From Azolla caroliniana (lineage: Eukaryota; Plantae; Polypodiophyta): 64,000 nucleotides of DNA. The notes under the pieces are model-generated. The model saw nothing but the letters and a program-made list of their open reading frames with translations. It did not search any database and was not told where the DNA came from. The stretch spans positions 15,562,001-15,626,000 of the forward strand of contig JBHGNT010000008.1 of NCBI GenBank assembly GCA_043228905.1, read 5' to 3'. The translations under genes were made by a program, and so were the position numbers. Shown here in pieces: positions 37,792-50,600 of the stretch; within the stretch, counting starts at the first letter, position 1, and the number at the start of each line of letters is the position of its first letter.

Positions 37792-38424
37792 GTGGCTACG
37801 GATATGACATCGACGAGCGATGGTGTTGGGACTTTGTCCACACCGGTTCTAGAGACTTCGGCAGTCGGTCACGAGAGTCCACGTGAGACCGGAAAAGCGG
37901 GCATCCGAGACGATGACAAGGAAAATAAGGAAGCTTGTAGCGGACGCAGACGAGATCCCTCGACACCGGTGCCGGAGACTACGACAGTTGCGCCCGAGTA
38001 CCAACATAAGACTGGAGAGATGGGTGGTGGCCGTGAGGAGGCATGGCCCGACATGGGCATACACGAGAAGAACGGAGCAGGGGTCGATCGACCGGGCCCG
38101 ACCCAAAAGAGATCCAACTCGGCCGATCGGGCAAGACCGATCCGGACAAGGGCCAAGCCGGCCCAATTGGAAATCACGGCGAATGGGCCACAACACGCGG
38201 TGGAAGCCGGTAAGCACAAGGAGGAGGCCAAGCGGGCACGACGAGTATGACCCAGTGGAAGACCGAGAACGAGAGGAACCCTCCACACCTATTCTTGAGC
38301 CTTCGGCAGTTGCAGACCAACAGAAGACTGAAGAGATGATGGGTGGCGGTGAGGAGTCGGAGATCGAAGCGGATGAGGATGCCAAAAGAGGTATCCGGTG
38401 CGGAATGACGGATGAGTGGGGCTA

Positions 38425-40062
38425 GTCATCGAAAAATAGTATCGCCTTAATTCTCGCAACTTTGATTTTCCAATCATAGACATACAACCACGGGGACAAC
38501 ATGTTTTGTTGACATCAAATCCAATCTTCTTATCTGATGTCACCAAGTTAAATCTGGCTAGACGAATTCTACGTGGGATTCTTCTAATATGCATAGGGCT
38601 TCTAGATTTCTCTTCTTGCATAGAAGTTGGGGTAACCTTGTTACAATCCAATTCTTTGTTGTCACCATCGCCCATGATCTTCGAGTTTTCATTGGCACTA
38701 CCTTCATTCTCCGTATCTTTATTAATATCGTATTCTTCAATAGAGAACTCTTCACATGTGTTTTAGGTGAAGATGAGCTCAGACAATACTCTTCGATAGA
38801 AATGGGTGGGTCTGTCGACAGATAATATTCTTCGATAGAAAATGGTGAGTCTGTCGACAGACAATACTCTTCGGTAGAAAACGAAGAGTCTAATAACAAA
38901 CAATATTTTTCAATCGAGAATAGTGAGTCTTCACTCATGGCTTAAGGTCCACACAGAGCTCTTCAAGTTATGTGCTTGGGCTAATATAAAAAATGATAAG
39001 CTCCTCTCTAAACATAAACTCCTCTCTAAACATAAGGTCCCTCAATATAATGTCTATATTATTTAATATTATAATAATACAATAAAGAAAGATATTATTT
39101 TTAATATAATAATTTTATTCAACATATTAATAACTACTTAAACTAGTCAGTATAAAGTCCATCAATTATATTTTATACTTTATTAATCCTATAGTATATA
39201 ATTTAAATTAAATTTACTTTATCCATCAAGTATAATATTACTAAATATATGCAGGCAAAAATATGTAAGTTTAATCCCAATCATTAGGGCAATAATATTC
39301 TCCACGTGTAGGCCTACTCGGGACTCTTAAATATTAAGGATATAGTATACATATATTATATACATTCAATTTTTATATACATATTGTATATATTTACAAT
39401 CATTATAAAGCCATATATATGTTGGTTTAAATTTAAAATCATTTTCTTAGAATAAAAAATAAAAAATCATTGGTTCATTTATGGCACCCATATTTAATAT
39501 AGAACTTCTCAATCATTGGTTCATTCATGCCCACCATTTTAAATATAAGCCATTTTAATCATTGGTTCATTCATGCCCACCGTCTTTAATACAAAACATT
39601 AGAGAGTCATAAAAATGTTGATGTGAGTATTCAATCATTGGTTCATTCATGAACTTCATATTTAATAATGCACATTAGAGAGTCATAAATATTTTAGTTA
39701 TACTATTCAATCATTGTTTTATTCATGACCTTCAAAGGCAATCAAAAATATAAAATAATCATTAATATATTAGTTTGAGTATTTAATCATTGATTCATTC
39801 ATGAACATAATTTAATTAAAACCCATCAGAGAGTCATAATTATATTGGTTTCAATACCCAATCAATGGTACATTCAAGATTATGTACTACATAAAGTGTA
39901 CCCAATAGTTATATTATTACGCCCTAACTATTACATCATTGGTGGTGACATTATAAGCCCACCACCGATACAGTTACGATTTCCTTCTCATGAAGGAAGT
40001 TACCGTATTCCTAAGATTAATAACTATTTATTTATTTATTTTTGCTTATAATAATAATTATT
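38425..40062 (-). other. AT-rich unclassified segment, possibly a DNA transposon end with a truncated ORF
   Basis: About 8 copies of AATCATTGGTTCATTCATG at ~39465-39880. Minus-strand ORFs 38558-38938 (12-aa repeat x4) and 38289-38675 (CCPRGC...LRELRRYYFSM). No termini or TSD found. Confidence 0.4.
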
Positions 40063-40732
40063 GTCTACGATTTCTAAATCTTTTACTAAATCTATTTGTT
40101 CACCAGTTAGATGCATAACCAATTCCATGTGTGCATCTAAATCTTTATTTTTTCCATTCTTCCCATTCTGGGGTGGTTTTAGGTTGTAGTATTTTTACCT
40201 TTCACAATGTCGATTAATTGTGCTCTTTCGAGGATTAAACTCGTCCTTAATTTCCACATTCTATAATTTTTGTCGTTGAGTTTCTCCATGGTGTACTTTC
40301 TTGTCATTGACGTTGTTTTGTTTGTTGAACTTGTGTTAGACTCCATCTTTGTAGATCTTCCAGATCAATCTTCTTGATGGTTGTTCCTTAATTCCTATTA
40401 GAAGGCTCTGATACCATGTAGGAATTTAAAGTACTATCTAACAAAGAATAACAAGTTAATACATATGACTTAATATTATGATGAAAGAAAGATTACATGT
40501 ATTCATGGGAGATGTTACCTTTTATAGGCAATAGAGATCATAGGGAAGCTTGTAATGGGAATGTTCATTGTGATCAAATATCACATGAAGGTAACTTTCT
40601 AACCAATGGTTGTGTGAACAAAAGTCACGTAATAGGTGGCTACATTAGTTAGTTTTATTTTCTTTATTTATGATATATTTCCAATTTCTAATAACGTCTT
40701 ATGTTTAATATTAATATTTTAATATTCTAACA
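40063..40732 (-). mobile_element. 5' stub of a copia ('Copia-7': 5' LTR 40417-40732, iMet PBS, gag N-terminus)
   Basis: PBS TGGTATCAGAGC at 40405-40416. LTR TGTAGGAAT...TTCTAACA. Minus-strand MEKLNDKNYRMWKLRTSLILE from ~40289. Confidence 0.85.
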
Positions 40733-41784
40733 ACCAAGAGGGTCAATCGTATTTAGAAGGGACTACGGCAACGAAGGGAGAAGAGGCCGACGCGGGGATC
40801 GGGTCTACGATGAGTAAAGGGCGAAATACAACGCATGCAATACGATCTCTCAAGGGCCAAGGGACAAGTATGCATTCGGAGGAGCCGTAACGAGTGATTG
40901 ACGATAGCGGTCAGCTCAAGCCTTCGAGAGGCAAGCACGGGACGAAGGATGGCGCAGTGAGGTGCCAAGATCGATGGAACGAGTCGAGCATGATCAGCAT
41001 GAGTGTAGGGTTGTGTCTAGGGAAACGGAGGAGGTGCGTGGAAAACGAAGGGCTACGCACTGGGAAGAGCAAACACGACATCCCGAAGGATGTGTGGGGC
41101 CGAGCGGGCCAAGAGGGTGTGCGTCGAGACGAAGTAGTAATGAAAGCCGCGAGGGACACCAAAGTGGGGATTGCCAACACGGATGTCGGGATGGAAGTGC
41201 ACTCAACTGTGAGAGAACACTGTGGGCAAGGCCGAAAGGAGGAGCACGTAATATGGTCACTTGAGGACATAGGGTCAAGCGCGTATTCGGAGGTCGACAT
41301 CGACGCACGGGTAGAGTCTTCGGAAGGCAAGCGCAGAACAGATGGAGACGACACGTCGAGGTGCTTGGGGTGAGGAGATGGTCGGGCCGAAGGAGGAACA
41401 TACGAGGTACGCGAGGGATGGTATCAAACATGCGATCGGAGTGACCGGGAGGCCAATCGGACGACATACACGACGGATAAAGGAAGAGCAGTCGGATCGA
41501 CGACACCGTTCAAGAAGCCTACTATGACTGATCGAGGAGGAGAGTGTGAGCGCCGGATATGGTGGATCGGATGGAGCTGATGGTTCGAGGACATGGGGAG
41601 GATACGGTGAATCGGGAGGCTACAGTGGTTCATGTGAAAAGGACAGGCATGCTCTTAGTGGAAGACGAAATCAGATGAGGTCGACAAGGACGCAAAGGAA
41701 CTCAGTTGATCACCATTGCTGAAAATCTCACCACTTTCCCTTTCTTGGCACATACCGGTGGATCTGCGGTTTGGTGCGGGTGGA

Positions 41785-42540
41785 TATCGTGAGGATTTTC
41801 AGCCATGGTGAGAAAACCAAGTGGGATAAATAAAATGGGGATGTGCAACATTGCACATGCACTTGATAAAGTTGTAAAATTAAATTAAGAAAACAAATGT
41901 AAAAAGGAAGGGTAAAATGTAAGGTGTTAAGGTACATTACAAAAATTCATAAAGTGTAAATGTGATGTGCACTTATGTGCACATGCACATGTAGACTAAG
42001 GGGGAGTACATGAAGTATGGGTGTAGTGAGTAGTGGGCATAGTGTCTATGTGAGGAGAGGGAGTTAAAGCCCCATCAATCTCTCCTCCTAAGATCAAGGC
42101 AAATACTCCCCATTGAAAGAAGGGGATATTTGGCCTCTCTTTTTGTAATGTGCCTCACCCCTTTTTATTATAAAAGGGAGTGAGGGGTCACCATTGTGGG
42201 GGTCACCATTTTGTTGTTTCAGGGTAGACCATTAGGGTTTTATCCCTATTTCGTTTTAGGGTTTTATTCTTCTTCTTCTTCTTCTTTTCCCCTATCCAGT
42301 CAGGGTTTCATCTAGAGGTTTACATTCGGCCTACGCGGCCATGGTTGTAATTCATGTGGTGTTTTCGTAATATAATCATTCGATGAATCTTGTCTTATCT
42401 TGTCTCTAATCTTAATCTCTCTAACCTTAATCTTTACCTTCTCAATTAAAATCCCAAGCTTCTTTCCCTTCTCTCACTCCCTAGTGCAAGACCCCTATGG
42501 TCCTGTCCTATCCAACACGCACGAGCAAAATTCCGCGACA
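41785..42540 (+). repeat. 3' LTR of Gypsy-D (756 bp)
   Basis: Direct repeat of 29635-30409. Starts TA (mutated TG), preceded by G-rich GGTGCGGGTGGA. Confidence 0.93.
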
Positions 42541-43893
42541 GCATTCCGGCCGATATCGTTCCTCTCTCTGGAACCGTTCATCTTCTGGTTGCTGTTGGTT
42601 CCGGGGCTCAATATGTTGGACTAGTGCCGCTTGTCGATTTAACAAATTATACTCACACAAGTCCATATTGTGTGGTCGGGAGTGGCATAACATGCAATGC
42701 GTTCTCATTGTGCATTCTAATGTGGAATGTCCAGGGTTTTAGGCACGTTGTGCATTGCACTGCTTGGCGCTTGTTGGAGGGCTCCCATTAACATCATAGT
42801 ACTCTGTTTATCCATCTCCAAGACACGGTCGATAACTTGATCCATCGCACAGGTCCCGAAATCCAGTACAACACACATTGTTCAGGAGGGGTTCCCGAAG
42901 TGCAGCCAAAAATATTGACTTCGCCTCATCTTTCGGAGTTGCTCTAGTCAGCTAGTTGTGCAACGGTTGGAACCGGATGATAAACTGTGGAACCGTTTCA
43001 TGCTGCTCCTGATAAGTCATGTAGAATTGGCTAACCAGTTCTCTCTGTTCTAGTTGTCGGTGAAACAATCGCAAGAATTTGGTCTTTAGGGCTTCGAATG
43101 TGGCCAAGATACCGGGAAGATGCTTTGCATGCCACCGTGTTGTTGGTCCTTCCAATGTCATACCGAACTCTGCGATCTTGGAACGTTCGACATTTGTGTC
43201 CATCAATCGTTGTGATACATGGTTAGCTTCCCATGTCCGCAAGAAGGCATGCACGTGTGCCTTCTCATCAGGGACATCTCGGTACTTCGAGTATGGGTAC
43301 GGCATGGTGTCTTCTTCTAAAGGTTGTGTTGGGGGTGGCGTCAGTACTCGATCCTCTTCGTGCTTCGACCGTCGGTCCGGTGATGGCGTTGGTACGCGAT
43401 CGTTCTTTTCCTCGGATTGTTGGTCTGGTGGTGGTGTTGGTACACGCTCGGTCGTTTTCTCCTATTGTTGGTCTAGGTTTATCTTGTAGGCCAACGGTGT
43501 GGGTAATGTTGTTTCCAATTCTGGTGTTAGTGCGTGCTCCGAACTGTCTTCCTTCGGATCGTCTGGAGTGTCGTGACTGCTTCGATAGTTTGAATGAACA
43601 CTGTGCCCGCCGTCTGATTCTAACTCAAAGGCGGAATATGCTTACGATTCACCGGAGCCTATGACGAGTGTTTGTAGTAAGGATTCCACGTCCCGCAAAC
43701 TGCTCAGGCTACTGCCCTTGTCAAGATGGTGTTGGTCTTCAACTGGAGTGACTCCTCCGCGACCTACCCGCCGAATAACTTTGGGGAAAGACCCATCTTG
43801 TCAAATCTCCTCGGCTGCCTGTTGGTAGGCCTCCCACCTCCGCAGTCTCTCGTCTAGTCTTCTCGCTTGTTTGGCAATTGTGTTTTTCCTGGG
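42541..43893 (-). pseudogene. Family C gag (N-terminal region and capsid domain)
   Basis: ORF 42952-43305 (FGMTLEGPTTRWH...FEALKTKFLRLF...QEQHETVPQFIIRF) and knuckle-like CMLCHSRPHNMDLC. Reads in frame across the Gypsy-D TSD (ERYRPECGDRYDD). Confidence 0.88.
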
Positions 43894-43896
43894 CTA

Positions 43897-44045
43897 GACT
43901 AGCCACAAACACAAGGTTTCCTTTCGGATCACTTCACCAAAGAGGTGGTTATGGGTAGGATCTTAACCGGCACAGATATGATTCTAATCCGACTGTTTCG
44001 AGATCGGTTTTGGATTCGACGTAACAACAATTGATTAATGTGCGT
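43897..44045 (-). repeat. Family C terminal repeat, copy 3, inner part (interrupted by Gypsy-B)
   Basis: Matches 24293-~24441. Continues at 62240. Confidence 0.9.
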
Positions 44046-47000
44046 TGTCATGCCTTTAAGCGCCAAATGGTTGCATGAGTTGGGTGGGAACTGCTCAGGT
44101 TTTGGACTAGGAGAAGGAAGAATTTGAGGCAAATCTTGTTATGAGTAGATTATAAGAAAGAAATATATGAAACGCGTGAATCCCACGAGTATAGTATATT
44201 AATTAATGTTTAGGAAAGAATATGAATTTAGATTGCAAGAGACAATCAGATGGCAAATTCGTGAATCCCACGAATATAATATATTAATCAACCCTTATAA
44301 AAAATCAACAACCATATACATCTTTCTCTCTTCCTTATATAGTGATGGACGAGGCTAAACATAACATAATGCTTTTCTAAAGTGTTCATGCACACTAGAT
44401 GTCCCAGAATAGCTTCTTCTACCATGCTTTTAATTTCTAAATATAGTCATCATGCACTCTAGACGTGCATGAGTAACTTTTTCTTTGTTTGCGTTTTTCT
44501 TCTAAATAAAGTTTTTATGCGCTCTAAATGTGCATGGGTTGCTTTTTTATAAAAATAGGCGTAAATATAAGTCTTATTCCCATTAAATCTATATTAGATC
44601 ACATATGTTAGTATAATGGTAAGGTTTGGGGTTTGTTTACATGGAGGTACAAGGTTTCAATCTTGCCCTATGCATGTAACATATATTTTAATATTTTCTT
44701 TTATTTCTTGTAAAAGAATACGTTGTGCGGAAGCAATAGAAAACAGAACACAGAAACACAGGTTTAATGGAGAGCTTAGGATATACACAGTACGCCGGAG
44801 AGACATAGTGTGAGTACACAGAAACTCTATTCAGAAAACAATACTCAATCTGTACATACACCATGCTTAGTGAGCACCTTTCATACAAGCCCTGATAATA
44901 GGGTTGACACAAGTACTGACAGTACTTGACCGCTCATAAGTGAGTCTACTACACTAACTCCCAAAATTATTTCCTTACAACGAATAGCTTTCTAACGGCC
45001 TTGCGACTTACACACCGCTATGGCCTATTGTGCACACGGTTTTACACACCCAGTTTACGCACTGGGTTACGCACCAAATGTTGAGCTTGTCTCTCAACAC
45101 TCCCCCTCAAGCTGAACTTGAGGTTCCGTCCGTTCTTCCGGATCGACGCTCTGGTTCCTTCTGGCTTCACGTCGTGCTCGCGCTCCTCGACCCGTTCGAT
45201 TCCGCGCGCCTTGACCCTTTCGGTCGGCTTGTCTGCTCACACGGCCCTTCTCAACTTCCTTGTTGTTGCAGTGTTGGCGCCTCTTCTACTGCCTTTTCTT
45301 CCGCTTGGCCCTTGGTTGATTCAGCGTATCCGAATCAAACATCTGAACCGACTCGGCCTCCTCCGATCGGTTTACGCTCTCGTCCGAGTTGGCTATCTCC
45401 AACTCGTCTTCAGTATTCTCGCCCTTGATGGCTTCATCTCCCCCATGCTTGGCTGGCTTCGGTTCTTTCTTCTGGCTGCTCCCCTTATGTCCGCTTTCGG
45501 ACTCTTCCGTGGATCCGCCCTTGGCTTCTTCAGTCGATCCGAAATCGAATTCATCATCCAACTCAGCGTCACGGTCTTCCGGGACGTCTCTCCCCCTCAA
45601 GTTCGACACGTCGAGGTGATGCAGCCCAAGTGCACCCGAGAATTGCCGCAACTTGTCCAGACCAAGAGGCTTGGTGAAGATGTCGGCGTTCTACCGATCC
45701 GTCGGAACATATTAAAGTTCGACTTCATCGGAGAGGACACTCTCACGAACGAAATCGTAGTGCATCTCAATGTGCTTAGTCCGGGCGTGGAAGACGGGGT
45801 TCTTAGCTAGCTGGATGCTGCTGAGGTTGTCGCAATAGATTGTCGTTGGATCGGATACCTCCACCTGTAGATCCTTAAGTAGCCGCTTCAACCATATGGC
45901 TTCGCATGTCACGACAACCGCTCCTCTATACTCGGCTTCGGTGCTCGACAACGCAACTGTCGGCTGCTTCTTGCTACTCCACACGATCGGGGCACTCCCA
46001 AGAGAGAACGCGAAACCGGACGTGGATCAACGATCGTCGGCGTTTCCGGCCCAATCAGCATCGGTGTAACCGACCAACTGTATGGCAGTATCAGTCCGAT
46101 ATAGTAGCCCCCGGTCCTTAGTGCCATTGACGTACCAGAGTACGCGTTGTGCGCACTAAAGGTGCTCCTCGGTCGGTCGCGCCATGAATTGACTAATCAC
46201 CCTGACTGGGTAGTTGAGATCTAGTCGGGTGATGATCAAGTATATAAGGCTTCCGACTATCTGTCGGAACCTCGTCGGGTCGCATACCTTTCCGGAATCG
46301 GGGCGAATCTTGACGGTTCTATCCAGAGGGGTCAAGACGGACTTACAGTCGGCCATCTTGAATTTGAAGAGCATACTTAGCACGTAATGCCGTTGGTTGA
46401 TTAGTATGCCTTCGGGGGTGCGGATCACTTCGATCCCGAGGAAGTAATGAAGGTCCCCCAGATCCTTCATGTCGAATGATGCCGCGAGCTGGAGCTTTAC
46501 ATGGTCAATTTCCTCAAGGTTGGCGCCGGTGATGACCAAGTCATCAACATAAAGTAAAATACTAACTGGCCCGAGTCGACCTTTCCGGATGAACAGTGAG
46601 GAGTCCGATTTTGACGTCGCAAAGCCCAACCGACGCAATCATTGCGTGATCTTCGCGTTCTAGGCACACGGGGCTTGCTTTAGTCCATAAAGGGACTTCT
46701 TCAATCGGCACACCGCCGAAGTGTTCGTTCCGGAGTGAAATCCAGGGGGTTGTACCATGTACACCTGTTCCTCAAGCTCACCTTGCAGGAACACATTCTT
46801 TACATTCATCTGATGTAAGTGCCACACCTTTGCCGCTACTACGGCTAGTAGAACACGCATGGTAGTCATCTTCGCGACATGCGCAAAGGTCTCATCGTAG
46901 TTGATGTCGTGTTTTTGCGCGTAGCCTTTCGCTACTAACCGGGCCTTGTATCGGTTGACCGATCCGTCAGTGTTGTACTTGACCTTGTACACCCACCTAC

Positions 47001-47174
47001 ATCCGATCGGCTTCAGACCTTTCGGTGCGTCAACCAGGACCTAGGTTTCATTCTCCGCTAATGTGCGCATCTCTTCCTCCATTGCAGCGTGCCAATTTGC
47101 GTCCTTCGCCGCTTCTGCGTAGCTCTCCGGCTCACGCACTTCTGCTACACAGGTCATGTACGCATAGTGATGCA

Positions 47175-47258
47175 TGTTGTGAACTAGGTCGTCTATGCGG
47201 AAGATCAAGAAGCATTCGATTCTGTTCTGTACCTGCGTATGACAGTTTCTAGGTCGTT

Positions 47259-47311
<53 letters not shown>

Positions 47312-47478
47312 AAAGACTCTTTATTTCATAAAGCAAATAATACAACAACCAACCTTACAAAGAGGTTACAAGGTCACTATATATAGTGACTGACTTAGGG
47401 CAACTACCATTTATGCTAATTACACAAATGACCCAAAAGGATAGTGTGAATACGTCCATTATACACTTGTATTCGACA
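47175..47478 (-). repeat. 3' LTR of the intact copia (304 bp, contains (AG)23)
   Basis: Identical to 52373-52672 except T47391 vs C52585 and two extra AG units. Confidence 0.98.
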
Positions 47479-47672
47479 CTCCCCCGTAATGGGCGTATAC
47501 ATGGGTTATCTAAGATTACAGGTATAAACTTAGGTTCTCGAACATATCAATTTTTGTTCGAGTCGGCAGGGTCCGAAGGCAGAGGACCGAACTGGTCGGG
47601 TCGGAAGAGTTGAAGCCGATCATTAAGGAACTGATGTCGGTTGTCCGAAACCATCCTGCGCTGTGTCCGGCT

Positions 47673-50600
47673 CTAACCGGACTGGTTTGTCGTTACGCCC
47701 ATCTGATGCCGAAGGGACCGAAAGCGGTCTGCCGAAAGACACTTGGTCATTCCATCTGCGACATTGTCGGTTGTGGATATTTTCTCTAGACCGATTTTCC
47801 CTGAAATGACGCAGTCCCGAACGAAGTGATATCGAACGTCGATATGTTTGGAGGCGTTGTGGTGAACCGGATTTTTCGACAAGGCAACAGCACCTTGACT
47901 GTCGCTGTAGACAACTGGAGCCGAGTCATGGTCGACTTGTCGAAACGTGTGCGCCAGCCGACCGAGCCACAAAGCTTCTTTTGCTGCGTCGGACGCAGCT
48001 ACATATTCTGCTTCGGTCGTTGAGGTCGTTGTGCACTCCTGAAGTTTCGACTTCCACGAGATTGCTCCATTGCCGAATTTGAAGCAGTATCCGGTTGTTG
48101 ATTTCCGACTGTCTATACAGCCGGCGAAGTCCGAGTCGGTGTAACCGACTACGCCTGAGGTTCGGTTCGGACCGAAAAGAATGCCGTGGTCTTTTGTGCC
48201 AGCCAGATATCTGAACACATGCTTGACTGCGTTCCAATGCGATCGGCCGGGATTGTGCATAAATCTGCTAACGACTCCTACGACGTGAGAAATATCAGGC
48301 CGTGTCGCGACCATCAGGTACATAAGGGAGCCGACTGCCAGTGCATACGGTACCGACTTCATATCTTCCCCCTCCGGACCGGATGTCGGGCAGTCTCGCT
48401 GAGAGAGCCGAAGATTCATAGGGAGCGGGGTTGAAGCAGATTTGGCTGATTGCATGTTGAAGCGTTCTAAGACACGTCGGATATAGTCGGTCTGAGACAG
48501 AAAAAGATGTCGTTTATCGCGATGCCGACTAATCTTCATGCCGAGTATGTGTCGTGCCGGGCCGAGGTCCTTCATGGCAAACTTCAACCGCAGTTGCCGA
48601 ATGAGATCGGCAAGTTCGCCCGCGTGGCGTCCAGAAATTAGCATGTCGTCCACGTAGATGATGAGGAAGATGGGTGATCCATCTTGAGCTGTGTTGGTGA
48701 AAAGACAATGGTCCTCATCGCTTTTTGAGAAGCCGATCGATTGGATGAAGTCGTCGAACTTCTTGTACCATTGTCGCGGTGCCTGTTTGAGGCCGTATAG
48801 ACTCTTCCTGAGTCGGCAGACTAGATGTTCTTGGCCAGTCGCCACGAAGCCTTTTGGCTGCTCCATATAAATTTCCTCGTCAAGATCACCATGGAGGAAG
48901 GCTGTTTTGACATCTAGCTGAATCAGCTCCAAGTTGTCGGCTGCCACTACGCCGAGTAGGAAACGAAGGGTTGTCATTTTCACCACTGGTGAAAAAATCT
49001 CGTCGAAGTCGACGCCATATTCTTGTCGGAAGCCCTTCGCAACTAATCTGGCCTTGTACTTTGGGGTGGTCGAATCAGACGTCTCTTTTAGTCGATAAAC
49101 CCACTTGCAAGGAAGAGCACGTCGGTTCCTAGGTAATTCGACCAGATCCCAAGTCTTGTTTGCCCGAATGGAGTGCATTTCCGACTCCATCGCCAGATGC
49201 CAGGTGGCTGAATCGACAGATGTCGATGCTTCTTCGTAAGACGTCGGTTCGCCGGCGTCGGTGAAGAAAATTCCAGGAGAATACCTCTCCGGAGGTTGCG
49301 ACAGTCTCTCGGATCGTCGAGGTATGATTGGACTGGTCGCATCGGGTATCAAGGTCGGATGGTCCGAAAGCGGATTGTTCTGCGGTGCCGAGTCGGAGTT
49401 GTCCGATTCGGTAGTGTAAGGTTCAGCTACCCGTGAAGCTGACCGTGTGTTAAGAGCGGGGCCTTCTTGAAGGGTCGGCACATCGGAAAATGTTACCCTT
49501 CGGACTTCGATCGGTTTTTCGACTGATGGATTCATAGCCGACTCGTTGAACACAACGTCCGAACTTCGGACGATTTGTCTGCGTTCGGGATCCCAGAGTC
49601 GGTATCCCATTTCGCCGTCGGATCCATATCCAAGGAAAATGCATTTCCTGGACCGAGGTGCAAGTTTTCGGCGATCATCTTTCGGAATAAGGGCGTACGC
49701 CTCGCATCCGAAGATCCTCAGCTTGTCGTAATTCGGCTTACTGCCGATCCATAGTTCCTGAGGAATTTGAAGTCCTAGAGGTCTACTTGGCGACATATTG
49801 ATTATGTGTACTGCCGTGAGTAGAGCCTCTGCCCAGAAGCCATCCGACAGTCCGGAGTGTTGGAGCATGGAAACTATCCGTTCTTGGATTGTCCGATTCA
49901 TGCGTTCGGCAATCCCGTTTTGCTCCGGGCTGTGTGGTGCCGTAAATTCACGTCGGATGCCGCGTTGTCGGCAGAATTTGACGAATTCTTCTGATTTGAA
50001 CTCTCCCCCATTGTCGGTCCGAAAGCATTTCAGTTTTCGGTCGGTTTGATTTTCTACCATAGCGAGCCAATCGGAGAAGATCGAGAAGACCCGATCTTTG
50101 GTGCGAATCGGATAAGCCCACACCTTTCGAGTCGAATCGTCAATAAAAGTGACGAAGTAAGAGGCACCGCCGAGAGACTGATGCGGCATTGGGCCACAGA
50201 CGTCCGAGTGGACCAAATCGAGAGGTCTCGTTTCTCTTGGTGCTGATGTCGGGTGTGATGCGGCTGCTTGTTTGCCATACTGGCAATGCTCGCAGAATTG
50301 GTGATCGGAGAAGGAGAGTTTAGGGATGTATCCGGCTCTAGATAGATGCGTAATGCCGGCCTTGCTGAGGTGTCCTAATCTTCTGTGCCATAGTGATGAC
50401 ACAGGAATATCCACCAAAAACAGGTTACCCTCTCTGAGCGTAACATGTAACGGATACAGTGAGTGTATCTTGGGTCCTCTAGCAAGCAGGAGGTTCCCCC
50501 TGTGGAGTGTCCACCCTCCCGAAGAAAAACCGGCACGAATGCCGTCTTCATCTAGTTGTCCGACTGAGATCAATGGCCTTGAGAGCTCGGGTACATGTCG

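Larger units (their letters stand above)
29635..42540 (+). mobile_element. Non-autonomous gypsy-type element 'Gypsy-D' nested in family C gag
   Basis: 4-bp TSD GCAT at 29631-29634 and 42541-42544. LTRs 29635-30409 and 41785-42540. tRNA-Trp-like PBS at 30414-30431. Gag similar to Gypsy-B gag (GRFNGDEAPNFLRAY vs GQFNGMDVSRYLRDY). No pol detected. Confidence 0.92.

Noticed and set aside
37759-38425. Overlapping 139-180 aa ORFs on both strands (similar cluster at 40894-41506)
   Set aside because: GC-rich, low-complexity Gypsy-D internal sequence with few stop codons; no domain motifs.
39465-39880. Repeat-spacer pattern resembling a CRISPR array
   Set aside because: Eukaryotic context, no cas genes, degenerate ~19-bp repeats, and spacers that resemble each other (e.g. 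CATTAGAGAGTCATAA recurs).
45118-45810. 230-aa hydrophobic plus-strand ORF, env-like at first sight
   Set aside because: Antisense shadow of the purine-rich, acidic Copia-4 pol extension; hydrophobicity follows from base composition and it starts at a non-ATG codon.
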